A stretch of DNA of 60,615 bases from Candidatus Hydrogenedentota bacterium (GTDB lineage Bacteria; Hydrogenedentota; Hydrogenedentia; Hydrogenedentales; GCA-2746185), in contig JAYGCN010000127.1 in assembly GCA_046583315.1 (NCBI GenBank), positions 1 to 60,615 on the forward strand, written 5' to 3'. The position numbers were made by a program, and so were the translations under genes. Shown piece by piece: positions 28,538 to 38,013 of this stretch (position 1 is the first letter of the stretch; each line of letters begins with the position of its first letter). A model generated the notes under the pieces. That model searched no databases. It worked only from the letters and a program-made list of their open reading frames with translations, and was not told the DNA's origin.

Positions 28538-31500
28538 ATGAAAAAAGTAATTTTTATCGCTGTAAAACTCGTATTTATTACGGGACTGTTTACCCTCCTC
28601 TTTCGTCCTGAGACATTTGGATTTGCTGCGGATAAGTTCCAAGATATCTCGATTTCAAAAATGCGGGAAATTTTGGCGGATTTGAATCTAGGAACAGCGC
28701 TATTTTGGTTCAGTTTTGCCGCAATCGTTAAAATCTGCGGCATTTTTTCTGGCGTGCTACGGTGGCATTTTCTCTTGAAAGGCCAGGGCATCTCCTTACC
28801 GTTCTGGTACTTGACGAAGTGCTGGTTTACGGGACGGGCCATAGGTCTGTTACTACCCGGAACGGTCGGGCTTGACGGGTATCGACTTGTTGAATCATCG
28901 GTGTATACCGGGGAAGCCATCAAGTGCACCACGGTCATTGCTGTTGAGAAACTAATCGGCATCGTCGCCTTGGGGCTGCTTGTATTCTTGACCCTTCCAC
29001 TGGGCGCACGCCTATTCGACTTTAATTTGGTTGCTCTCGGGATTGTCTTGTTCATTCTCTTCACCTTCATTTCCGTCGCGTTCCTGATGTTACTCAATCC
29101 GCGTATCGTTCAGGTTCTCGTAGCGGTGGTCCCGGTTCCGGACGCCATTCGTGCCAAGGTGAATAAATTGGGTACAGCGGTCACGGCCTACAACAACCAT
29201 CGCATGACCCTGCTTTTCGCCGTACTCCTTGGCCTGGGTGTACATCTTGGAATCTGTCTTATGTACTTCGGCGTGGCCATGGCGCTTGCCGGTGGACAAG
29301 CGTCTTTCCTCGACGTCATGTTCGCAAGTCCGCTCGTCATCGTGATGTCCGTCATTACACCCACCGTCAGCGGGCTCGGGGTGCGCGAAGGCGTGTTTAC
29401 AGCCCTGCTTGGAGGCACCTATACGGCCGACGGTGCGTTCCTCATCGGTCATCTCGGACTCTGGGTCGGTGAAGCCATCCCTTTTGTGCTGAGCATTCCA
29501 TTGATGCTCCTCGCCGGACGACCTGACAAGGAAGGGTTCCTCGGCGAACTCAAAAAAGTGCGCGAAGAAGCCACGGCGGCAGGTCAAGCAGAAGGGGATT
29601 TACATCTGGCGCCCGAAGAAATCGCTGATTACAGAAACAAACTGATCGATTGTATTGGCGTGGGGTTGCTCGGCGGACTCATCGGCGGGGCCATTCTGGG
29701 ATTGGCCGAAAGCATCTGGCATATTACGACCTTGGCCAACTTTTCTGAAGCGTCGGCCCTTTGGTGGGCGCCGCTGGTATACGGACTGGTGCTCACGGGC
29801 GCGGGCCTGGGCGTGGCGGCGGTTCTGGTATTCGGATATCTATTATTCAACAAATTTGTTCCTGCGGCGGTGACCTTCGGCTTGTGTCTCGGCGGCACCA
29901 TTGGCGCAGTCGCTCTCGTATTCGGGCGATTCCGCTACAAACGCGATATTCTTGATGAGCATGCCCTCTCGCTCATGGACAATCTGATCGTGTTGGGTGG
30001 CGCCGTATTGTTGGCTGGTCTCGCCGTCTTTATCGGCTCGATTCTGGCCGGTTGGGTCAAGGACAGTCGCGGAAAAGGCCTGGGCCTGAGCATCGCCTGT
30101 TACGTCGTGCTCGTGGGGATCGGTTTCGCGCTGAGTATCGTCTTCAAACCTGCTGCGTCCGTGATAGCCTTTACGCCAAAAGCCGAAGCGACGGGTCCCA
30201 ATGTTTTCCTGATCGTCGTGGACACCTTGCGCGCGGATTACCTCACCGCCTTCAACGCCTCCGCCACTCCGAAGACACCGAACGTTTCGGCGTTGGCCGA
30301 AGACGGCATCGTGTTCCAGAAAGCCTTCGCGCAATCCTCCTGGACCAAGGCCTCCTTTGGCACGATATTTTCCGGCCTGTATCCTGAAGCGCATACGGCC
30401 ACCGGTAAAGCCTCCGCGTTGCCCGATGAAGTGACGACGATCGCGGAGATATTGCAAGAGGGCGGATACTATACGCAGGGCTACTCGAACAACCCGAATA
30501 TCACCAGCATCTTCAATTACAGTCAGGGCTTCGTCGATTACACCGATCTGAAACCGGATCTGCTTTTTGGCGCGAAGGGGTCCAGCGAGAAACTGGTGCT
30601 CTACGACATTCTACGCAAGGTGGTGCAAAAGGTGAACGGTCGTCTTGGTGGGCGCATCAATATTACGGACTTTTATCAGCCGGCAAACGCCGTGACCGAC
30701 ATCGGTCTGGACTGGATCGATGGCGAAAACCGCCCTGCAGACAATCCGTTTATGCTGTTCCTGCATTACATGGATCCCCACGATCCCTTCCGCGATCCCG
30801 ATAAACCGGGACGCGGGTACGCGCGTGTGCAATTGGGGGCGAACCCCGATCCGGAAAAATTCCTGGAGGTATTCAAACGCTCCTACTCCTACGAAATCGG
30901 ATACATGGATGAGCATCTTGGTCGATTCATTGCGGGCCTCAAGGAACGCGGCCTCTACGAAGACGCGCTTATCATTTTTACCGCAGACCACGGCGAGGAA
31001 TTTCATGAGCACGGCGGCTGGTGGCACGGCCTGAGCCTCTACGACGAGCAGATCGCGATTCCGCTGATCGTGAAATTGCCCAATAGTGAAGTGACTGACG
31101 TGAACACCGATCTCGCACGGAGTGTGGACATCGCGCCGACGATTGCCACGCTGACCGGACTGGAGTTGCCCGAGCAATGGCAGGGCAAGGCACTCATTTC
31201 GGGAGGACTCGATTTGGAGAATGCAGAGACCCCGTATTCGCATGCCCACTTGAATTTTGAAGGCATCGAGTTGCGCGCGATGCGGACACAGACGAAAAAG
31301 TACATTGAGGCGAACGAAGGCAACAAACGTGATTACGATCCAGTTCAGCTCTATGATTTGGAAGCCGATCCCGGGGAATTGGTTAATATTGCCGGGGATT
31401 CGGAAGCGGAAGTCGCGTTGTTTCAGCAGTCGCTGACCGACATGAACGAGTTCATCCTTGAGAACGCCGCCGAACCGATGACTCTGAATATGGAAAACAT

Positions 31501-31582
31501 GTCCCAAGAGGAACTGGATCAGCTCGAATCACTCGGCTACCTCGGTAGCAACGATGAAGACCTCGAAGAACTCAACCTCTAA
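28538..31582 (+). CDS. Fusion: LPG-synthase-TM (flippase-like) domain, extra TMs and C-terminal sulfatase/alkaline-phosphatase-fold domain
   Basis: RWHFLL, LPGTVGLDGYR, TPTVSGLGVRE; then PNVFLIVVDTLRAD, HYMDPHDP, ADHGEEF..HG, LYDLEADPGE. Confidence 0.85.
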   Translation: MKKVIFIAVKLVFITGLFTLLFRPETFGFAADKFQDISISKMREILADLNLGTALFWFSFAAIVKICGIFSGVLRWHFLLKGQGISLPFWYLTKCWFTGRAIGLLLPGTVGLDGYRLVESSVYTGEAIKCTTVIAVEKLIGIVALGLLVFLTLPLGARLFDFNLVALGIVLFILFTFISVAFLMLLNPRIVQVLVAVVPVPDAIRAKVNKLGTAVTAYNNHRMTLLFAVLLGLGVHLGICLMYFGVAMALAGGQASFLDVMFASPLVIVMSVITPTVSGLGVREGVFTALLGGTYTADGAFLIGHLGLWVGEAIPFVLSIPLMLLAGRPDKEGFLGELKKVREEATAAGQAEGDLHLAPEEIADYRNKLIDCIGVGLLGGLIGGAILGLAESIWHITTLANFSEASALWWAPLVYGLVLTGAGLGVAAVLVFGYLLFNKFVPAAVTFGLCLGGTIGAVALVFGRFRYKRDILDEHALSLMDNLIVLGGAVLLAGLAVFIGSILAGWVKDSRGKGLGLSIACYVVLVGIGFALSIVFKPAASVIAFTPKAEATGPNVFLIVVDTLRADYLTAFNASATPKTPNVSALAEDGIVFQKAFAQSSWTKASFGTIFSGLYPEAHTATGKASALPDEVTTIAEILQEGGYYTQGYSNNPNITSIFNYSQGFVDYTDLKPDLLFGAKGSSEKLVLYDILRKVVQKVNGRLGGRINITDFYQPANAVTDIGLDWIDGENRPADNPFMLFLHYMDPHDPFRDPDKPGRGYARVQLGANPDPEKFLEVFKRSYSYEIGYMDEHLGRFIAGLKERGLYEDALIIFTADHGEEFHEHGGWWHGLSLYDEQIAIPLIVKLPNSEVTDVNTDLARSVDIAPTIATLTGLELPEQWQGKALISGGLDLENAETPYSHAHLNFEGIELRAMRTQTKKYIEANEGNKRDYDPVQLYDLEADPGELVNIAGDSEAEVALFQQSLTDMNEFILENAAEPMTLNMENMSQEELDQLESLGYLGSNDEDLEELNL

Positions 31583-31630
31583 CCCACGGATACCGTAACT
31601 CCTCCATTGAAGAGCGCAGAGCATCGCACC

Positions 31631-31683
31631 GGTTCTTCTTTGGTTCTTTCTTCTTTTTCAAGAAGAAAGAACAAGCCGTTTCA
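31631..31683 (-). repeat. Palindromic intergenic element, copy B
   Basis: Minus strand TGAAACGGCTTGTTCTTTCTTCTT-GAA-AAAGAAGAAAGAACCAAAGAAG. Confidence 0.6.
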
Positions 31684-32448
31684 GATATCCGAAAAGTTTC
31701 CGCCGCGCCCTTTGCCTTCTGCGAAACGGGCGGCCCCCGATCGCGACTCGTTTTTCAACGCCTCTTTGCCGTGATGAAATTCGTTGAGGATCGCGTCGTC
31801 CAGTGACATGCCGAATTGTTCGTAAGTCGATAGCCGATCCGAATTCATGCAGATTTGCGGGAACGCACAGAGTTCATGCGCGAGAGCAACGGCCGCCTCA
31901 CGAGCCTGACCCTTCGGCACCACGCGATTGACCAGTCCCATGCCGAGCGCCTCTTCTGCACCCACGCCGCGTCCGGTGAGAATCATGTCCATCGCGTGAC
32001 CCATGCCGACGAGTCGCGGCAAACGAATTGTGCCTCCATCGATCAACGGTACACCCCAGCGGCGACAATATACGCCGAGAGTCGCGTCTTCCTCGGCAAC
32101 CCGCATGTCGCACCACAGCGCCAACTCGAGTCCACCTGCCACCGCATGCCCCGAGATCGCCGCGATGACCGGCTTCGTCAACAGGAACCGGGAGGGCCCC
32201 ATGGGACCATCCGAGTCGTCCGTCGTTCGGCGCACATCGCCCGCAGCCACCGCTTTCAGGTCGAATCCCGCGCAGAATCCCGTCTCGACACCCGCGAAGA
32301 CACCAACTTTTGCGTCAGCATCAGTATCAAAATCGCGCCACGCCTGAGCGAGTTCCTCAGCGGTTTCCGGGTTCACGCAATTGCGCACTTCGGGGCGGTT
32401 GATGGATATGATGATGACGGGCCCGTCTTTTTCAACAAGAATCGGCAT
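31681..32448 (-). CDS. Enoyl-CoA hydratase/crotonase family protein
   Basis: FCAGFDL, AVAGGLELALWCD, RRWGVPLIDGGT. Confidence 0.92.
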   Translation of the reverse strand: MPILVEKDGPVIIISINRPEVRNCVNPETAEELAQAWRDFDTDADAKVGVFAGVETGFCAGFDLKAVAAGDVRRTTDDSDGPMGPSRFLLTKPVIAAISGHAVAGGLELALWCDMRVAEEDATLGVYCRRWGVPLIDGGTIRLPRLVGMGHAMDMILTGRGVGAEEALGMGLVNRVVPKGQAREAAVALAHELCAFPQICMNSDRLSTYEQFGMSLDDAILNEFHHGKEALKNESRSGAARFAEGKGRGGNFSDI

Positions 32449-32581
32449 GACCTAATCTCCTTTGCAGAGCGGTGGATGGTTTATCCGATCACCTTACGCA
32501 ACCGGGGCGGAAAATTCCAGTCATTGGCTTGGTGGCAACCAAAACGGTACAATTGGGCATTGATCAAGTGGAGGGACATTT

Positions 32582-33028
32582 ATGATTCGGTGGCGGACAA
32601 TTGGGATCGGTTTGGGGTTGCTTTTTGCAGGTTGCGCGACCCATCTTGAGCAGCCCTCGTTTTTCGAGGCGACTATGGTTCCGCGCGATCTGAAACCCCT
32701 TGATACTGCGCTGATTACCGTGAAAGTCGACGACACCTTCGGCGTTGTCAGTAGCGTCGAAGGAAGTGTGCTGGAAGACACCACGATTCGATTTCACTTT
32801 CGCGACGACGGGCAGCTGTCCGATGCCGTCGCACAAGATGGCATCTGGACGACGAAAGTACAAGCGCCCTTTAATGCGCCGCCGGGCGGATTCACCTTCG
32901 AAATTCAGGCTTTCGACAAGAGCAGCAATCCCATAGTGGTGCTCGATGAGAACAAGGAAGCCATGCCGTTGTCCATGTCATTTACGCTGAACATAACGTA
33001 TCCTGATGCCGAGGCCGACGCGCCATGA
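32582..33028 (+). CDS. Lipoprotein with a DDG-x-D-x-x-A-x-DG (choice-of-anchor X-like) module
   Basis: Lipobox FAGC; RDDGQLSDAVAQDGIWT. Confidence 0.65.
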   Translation: MIRWRTIGIGLGLLFAGCATHLEQPSFFEATMVPRDLKPLDTALITVKVDDTFGVVSSVEGSVLEDTTIRFHFRDDGQLSDAVAQDGIWTTKVQAPFNAPPGGFTFEIQAFDKSSNPIVVLDENKEAMPLSMSFTLNITYPDAEADAP

Positions 33029-34293
33029 TACTGTCCTTGTTGGTGGCTGCTGCATTGTCCGCGCCTTCGCAGCCCAATGTAATACTTATTTCGATAGACA
33101 CGCTGCGCACGGATCACCTGGGCATGTACGGGCATCCTCACGACACCTCGCCCAATCTGGATGCCCTCGCCGAGCGGTCGTTGGTGTTCGACGACATGCT
33201 CACCGAAATTCCACTGACGAGTCCGTCGATGTGCGCCATGATGACCTCGCTGTACCCGCGCATAACCGGGGCAACCCGCAACGGATTGCGTCTTCCCGAC
33301 GAAGTAGAGACGACTCCGCAAGTCTTTCAGGACGCTGAATATGAGACCGTTTGCGTGACGAGTAACTGGACGCTGAAAGACAAGTTGTCAGGACTGGCTC
33401 GCGGTTTCGATGTATACGACGACGATTTCCACAAGAAACGATGGTTTTTTCTCAAGTCCGAACGGGACGCGGATGAGGTGACGCGTCGTGCAATCAAGTT
33501 ACTGGAGAACCGGGACCTATCGAAGCCATTGTTCGCGTGGTTTCACTACTCCGATCCGCATGCGCCGTACAAAAAGCGACGACTGCACAGGGTTTCGAAA
33601 AAATCGGACTATCCGGATGATCCCGGCGCTAAGATCAAGGCCCGTTACGATTCGGAGATTCATTTTACCGATGCGGAAATTCAGAAAGTGCTCGAAAAAT
33701 TGCCCACCGAGAACACCTTCATCATTTTCGTGGCCGATCACGGCGAGAGCATCGAAGAGCATGGCTATCTCGGGCATGGACGGCGAATTTACCAGACCGG
33801 ATTGCACATTCCCTTCACCATTGCCGGGCCCGGAATTGAAGCGGGTCGCACGAACATGCCAGCGCGCGGCGTGGACTTGGCACCGACGCTATTGGGACTC
33901 GCCAATCTTGCCGCTCCAGAATTGATGCGGGGTCGCAACGTGTTGAACGACGAGATTCCCCTGGAACGGGTGCGCGTGATGGAGACCTACGGCGGAGCGG
34001 TACCGAATCTAAAGGTAACGAAATCGCTCATGACCGACAAGCCGCCGCAGCGTCAGACGGTCGTCTACAACGGATGGAAACTGATTGTCGGCGGGCCGGA
34101 CGACGAACTTTATCACCTCGCGGATGATCCCATGGAAACGAAAAACGTCTACGCGAGCGAATCCGAAATGGCTAGCGAATTGCGCACAATCCTTGAACAC
34201 TGGGACGCGACCACGCCCAGGAATATGGACAACGATGCCCAACTTTCCGACGAGGACATCGAAGCGCTCGATTCGCTGGGTTACGTGGAATAG
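33025..34293 (+). CDS. Secreted sulfatase-fold (alkaline phosphatase superfamily) protein
   Basis: PNVILISIDTLRTD, HYSDPHAPY, ADHGE...GHG, LYHLADDPME. Confidence 0.85.
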   Translation: MILSLLVAAALSAPSQPNVILISIDTLRTDHLGMYGHPHDTSPNLDALAERSLVFDDMLTEIPLTSPSMCAMMTSLYPRITGATRNGLRLPDEVETTPQVFQDAEYETVCVTSNWTLKDKLSGLARGFDVYDDDFHKKRWFFLKSERDADEVTRRAIKLLENRDLSKPLFAWFHYSDPHAPYKKRRLHRVSKKSDYPDDPGAKIKARYDSEIHFTDAEIQKVLEKLPTENTFIIFVADHGESIEEHGYLGHGRRIYQTGLHIPFTIAGPGIEAGRTNMPARGVDLAPTLLGLANLAAPELMRGRNVLNDEIPLERVRVMETYGGAVPNLKVTKSLMTDKPPQRQTVVYNGWKLIVGGPDDELYHLADDPMETKNVYASESEMASELRTILEHWDATTPRNMDNDAQLSDEDIEALDSLGYVE

Positions 34294-34296
34294 ATT

Positions 34297-35499
34297 TTAG
34301 CCGACCAGCGCCTGACACGCGCTCCAGATGCTGTCCATACGTTCTTCATGAATATCCGGGTCTTGGTGCCCATTGGTGATAAACGCAACGGTCATTTTAC
34401 GCGAGGGATCGTGTCGGCCAAAACTGCTGGACGATCCACCGTGACCATAGTAATCCATACGCCCCTCGTCGGCCGAGATACCGAATCCAAGCCCGTACTC
34501 CGTAAGTTCGCCGGTCTTCTCGATGGGTTGTGCCGTGGTCATCATCTTAACCGTTTTCTTTTTAAGTAGCCGGGTACCGTCCGCAGTGAGACCTCCCCGC
34601 GCGATCATGTCGTAGAAGCGCGCGAGATCTTCGGCGGGCGCGTGTCCACTCGACGCCACGCACGGCGCCATGCGCACCGTAGGCGAATTCCAGATTTCGA
34701 TGGCGTGACTGCGGTCATTGACGCGGTACATGTAGGAAATCTCGTCGAGCTCATCGGGCGGAACACCCAGGCTCATATTGATACAACCCAGCGGTTCAAC
34801 CAGTCGCTCGTTGAAAAAGAGCTCAACCGACATGCCCGACGTGCGCCGAACAAGTTCTCCCAGCGCCCAGCCGTAGTTGATCGGGTGGTATTCATACTGC
34901 GTACCCGGCTCGTATTTCAGCTCGATGCGCTCCATCGCACGCATGGCTTCGGCGGAATCATTAAACTCTTCGTAGTTAAAGTCGCTCGGTCCGAGTGGAA
35001 ATCCGCCTTGATGGGTCAACACATGGCGCACCGTCACACCTTTCTTCCTCGAATCCCCCCTGGAAAACGCGGGCCAATAGTGAATCAAGGGTGTATCCAG
35101 TTCAAGATAGCCCTCTTCCACCAACATCATCACACACGCCGCGCCCAGCGGTTTCGTGGCCGAGAACATCAACATCTTCGTGTCGAGTTCCATGCACTTC
35201 GATGGCGTGATCGCCCAGCCCCCGTAGCGGTTGAAAACAGTCTCGTCCTGGATGCGCACAGTCAATTGCGCACCGGGATGGACGCCGTCGATGATCTGTT
35301 TCTCAAACAAATGATTCAACGCCTTCAACGCAGAACCATCGAGTTTCTTGCGCGCGGCCTTGGATTCTACACCCAGGCCAAACTGCGTCTCCGTGCTGCC
35401 CAGCGCGGATTGCGCGGACACGACGGAGGTTGACAACACAGACGCCGTCGCAACGGCACCCGCAATAGAAAGAAACGTTCGACGCGTGAATTCATTCAT
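34297..35499 (-). CDS. Tat-exported serine hydrolase, beta-lactamase class C/EstB-like
   Basis: TRRTFL Tat motif; FSATK (SxxK), YEYH, HGG. Confidence 0.85.
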   Translation of the reverse strand: MNEFTRRTFLSIAGAVATASVLSTSVVSAQSALGSTETQFGLGVESKAARKKLDGSALKALNHLFEKQIIDGVHPGAQLTVRIQDETVFNRYGGWAITPSKCMELDTKMLMFSATKPLGAACVMMLVEEGYLELDTPLIHYWPAFSRGDSRKKGVTVRHVLTHQGGFPLGPSDFNYEEFNDSAEAMRAMERIELKYEPGTQYEYHPINYGWALGELVRRTSGMSVELFFNERLVEPLGCINMSLGVPPDELDEISYMYRVNDRSHAIEIWNSPTVRMAPCVASSGHAPAEDLARFYDMIARGGLTADGTRLLKKKTVKMMTTAQPIEKTGELTEYGLGFGISADEGRMDYYGHGGSSSSFGRHDPSRKMTVAFITNGHQDPDIHEERMDSIWSACQALVG

Positions 35500-35552
35500 G
35501 TTTGATCGCCTTAGGGGTTGGGGTTCAATCGAAGATTGCCGTCCAGCGTTTC

Positions 35553-36056
35553 TTAGAGGATGTGGTACACCGTGTAGCTGACACCGCCACCTCCGGCTTT
35601 GCCCACACCGACGGCGACGAGCTGCGTCAGCCACTGGTATTTTTCCGAGGAGGTCTCGAAGCGTGGTGTCGTACGGAAATATCCTGTCTTGCCATTTGTC
35701 ACGCCGCGGTAGTGCGTGTAGATGAGCGCGCCGTCGTCGGTTTCGAAGGTGGCACGCACATCGAGTTCGCCGATGCCGTCTTCGCGTAATCGAAACCAGT
35801 CGCCGCCGCCGGGAAGCACCGTGCCTTTTATTTTTGGCCCGTCGATGGTGCCGCCAGTTGCGTAGAACACCGAGCGTGTACCTTCATGGGTCTTGCCGAT
35901 CTGCTGGGGCGCTTCCAAAGTCGCAAACATGGTAAAGAGTAGTTCAGATTTTAAACCGGGGGGATCTTCGGCGGCAAATGCGGGGGACGTCATCATCGCG
36001 GCAAACGTTGCACTTCCGGTAACAATGGCATCGCGTCGTGTGAATTCGGAACTCAT
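35553..36056 (-). CDS. DUF3237 family protein with Tat-like signal
   Basis: TRRDAI; GTVLPGGGDW, LDVRATFETDDGALIY, YFRTTPRFET..KYQWL. Confidence 0.85.
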   Translation of the reverse strand: MSSEFTRRDAIVTGSATFAAMMTSPAFAAEDPPGLKSELLFTMFATLEAPQQIGKTHEGTRSVFYATGGTIDGPKIKGTVLPGGGDWFRLREDGIGELDVRATFETDDGALIYTHYRGVTNGKTGYFRTTPRFETSSEKYQWLTQLVAVGVGKAGGGGVSYTVYHIL

Positions 36057-36134
36057 GGGGTAGTCTCCTCTGTGGGTGTTCAACAATGGATTAGCGTACT
36101 CGAATTCGTGCGAGGGAGTAAAGGGCCTGGTGGT

Positions 36135-37124
36135 CTATTCGTTCAGCCAGCGCGCGGCATCTTTGGACCAATACGTGAGAATCATCTTGGCCCCGGCGCG
36201 TTTGATGGACAACAGCGACTCCATGGCTACGCGTTTTTCGTCGATCCAGCCGTTCATCGCGGCCGCTTTTATCATCGCAAATTCGCCGGACACGCTGTAG
36301 GCAGCCATCGGCACATCAAACATGTCGGTTCCCGCGCGGATAATGTCGAGATACGGCAACGCTGGTTTCACCATGATGATGTCCGCGCCTTCTTCAATGT
36401 CGAGCTCCATTTCGCGCATCGCCTCTTTCACGTTGGCCGGGTCCATTTGGTAGGAGGAGCGATCGCCGAATTGCGGGGGGGATTCTGCCGCATCGCGGAA
36501 GGGCCCGTAGAATCCTGAAGCGTATTTCGCGCTATAGGCCATGATAGGAATTTCGTCAAAGCCGTTTTCGTCCAGCGAAATACGAATCTCGCCGACGCGC
36601 CCGTCCATCATGTCCGAAGGGGCAACCATATCCGCACCCGCGCCCGCGTGGGCGAGCGCCTCCAGCATCAGCAGGCCGATGGTCTTATCGTTGTGCACGT
36701 CCAGCTCACCATCGATGTTTTTCGTGATGGAGCCGCAGTGGCCGTGGTCGGTGTATTCGCACATGCACACGTCAGTGATGACGCACAGTCCGGGTACCGC
36801 TTTCTTGACGAGCTCCACGGTACGACATACGATGGAATCTTGCGCGAAACCCGAAGTACCTTCGGGATCTTTGGTCTCGGGAATGCCGAAGAGAATGATC
36901 GCGGGAATGCCGAGGTCGAAAAGTTCACGCGCTTCTTCCACAAGCATGTCGGGCGACCACTGATAGTTGCCGGGCATCGAAGTGATCTCTTCCTTGATAC
37001 CCGTGCCGTCCCGGACGAACAGTGGCATGATAAGGTCATCCACGGACAACGAAGTCTCGCGCACCATGCGTCGAAAGGTCTCGTTGCGGCGAAGTCGGCG
37101 CAAGCGCGTAGTTGGGAATGACAT
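36135..37124 (-). CDS. hemB: Porphobilinogen synthase
   Basis: [47 protein letters not shown]. Confidence 0.98.
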   Translation of the reverse strand: MSFPTTRLRRLRRNETFRRMVRETSLSVDDLIMPLFVRDGTGIKEEITSMPGNYQWSPDMLVEEARELFDLGIPAIILFGIPETKDPEGTSGFAQDSIVCRTVELVKKAVPGLCVITDVCMCEYTDHGHCGSITKNIDGELDVHNDKTIGLLMLEALAHAGAGADMVAPSDMMDGRVGEIRISLDENGFDEIPIMAYSAKYASGFYGPFRDAAESPPQFGDRSSYQMDPANVKEAMREMELDIEEGADIIMVKPALPYLDIIRAGTDMFDVPMAAYSVSGEFAMIKAAAMNGWIDEKRVAMESLLSIKRAGAKMILTYWSKDAARWLNE

Positions 37125-37141
37125 GTTTAATTCCTTTTTCT

Positions 37142-37213
37142 TGAACCACTCTTACCTTTCTTTTGGGAAAAAGAAAGGTAAGACCAAAGAAAACCAACGG
37201 ATACTTCGTATCC
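37142..37213 (+). repeat. Palindromic intergenic element, copy C
   Basis: TGAACCACTCTTACCTTTCTTTT-GGG-AAAAAGAAAGGTAAGACCAAAGAAA plus GGATAC-TTC-GTATCC hairpin. Confidence 0.8.
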
Positions 37214-37226
37214 TCAGTGGGGTATT

Positions 37227-37994
37227 CTAAGCATAATGCGTTGTTATAGCGTTTATCAATCCTGGGATGTCGTGTTGGTTGGGTTGGATGATGATGCTGA
37301 GGCCACATGACTCGGCGACTTCGGTGGTGTGTGGGCCGATGGAGGCGTAGGTCGTGTTGGGAAAGGCATCCACGTCTACCAAGGTTACGAAATTTCTGGC
37401 GGTCGAGCCGCTCGTGAAGGTTATCAGATCGGGCTCGGTGTTAATCAGGGCCTGAATACGTTCGGAATCTGGTTCGGGACAAATCGTTTCATACACAACC
37501 ACAGGCGTGATGCCTGCCCCGGCTTCGGAAAGCGATTTCGCGAGCGCATCACGCGCAATGGAACCTTGTGGAAGCAGAAAACGTTGTCCGGACAAGTCAC
37601 CGACTATATTGGACAGTGCGTCAAAGGCCGCCTCGGCGGTGTAGGTCTCAGGGACCAGGTCCACCTTCACCTTTTCGGTTTTCAGTTCTCTTTCGGTGCC
37701 CGGACCCACTGAGCACACCTTGGCATGCGAAAACTCAAACGGTCGATCGGCCGCTTCCATCGAAAGTTTCAGTCCGCGCACGGCGTTTGCACTCGTGAAC
37801 ACGACCCAATCGACGTCTACTACCGCTTCGGGCAACTCGGTGATCAATAAATCAATTTCAATCGTCGGGAATTCAACGACGACAGCGCCCTGTTCCTTCA
37901 ATCCGTCTGCCAGCTGGCTTGCCTGCGAAAACGCACGCGTCACGACGATCACCTTGCCGGATAGAGGTTTGGATTTTTTTCCGAAAATGGGCAT
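37227..37994 (-). CDS. hemD: Uroporphyrinogen-III synthase
   Basis: VVTRA..QA, WVVFTSANAV, VGPGT, FTSGSTA, SIGPHT; position in hem operon. Confidence 0.92.
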   Translation of the reverse strand: MPIFGKKSKPLSGKVIVVTRAFSQASQLADGLKEQGAVVVEFPTIEIDLLITELPEAVVDVDWVVFTSANAVRGLKLSMEAADRPFEFSHAKVCSVGPGTERELKTEKVKVDLVPETYTAEAAFDALSNIVGDLSGQRFLLPQGSIARDALAKSLSEAGAGITPVVVYETICPEPDSERIQALINTEPDLITFTSGSTARNFVTLVDVDAFPNTTYASIGPHTTEVAESCGLSIIIQPNQHDIPGLINAITTHYA

Positions 37995-38013
37995 CGTTAA
38001 CCTTTTAGCGGCA

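Noticed and set aside
37227..37994. cobA-hemD fusion
   Set aside because: Only the HemD domain is present, directly after hemC; there is no methyltransferase domain
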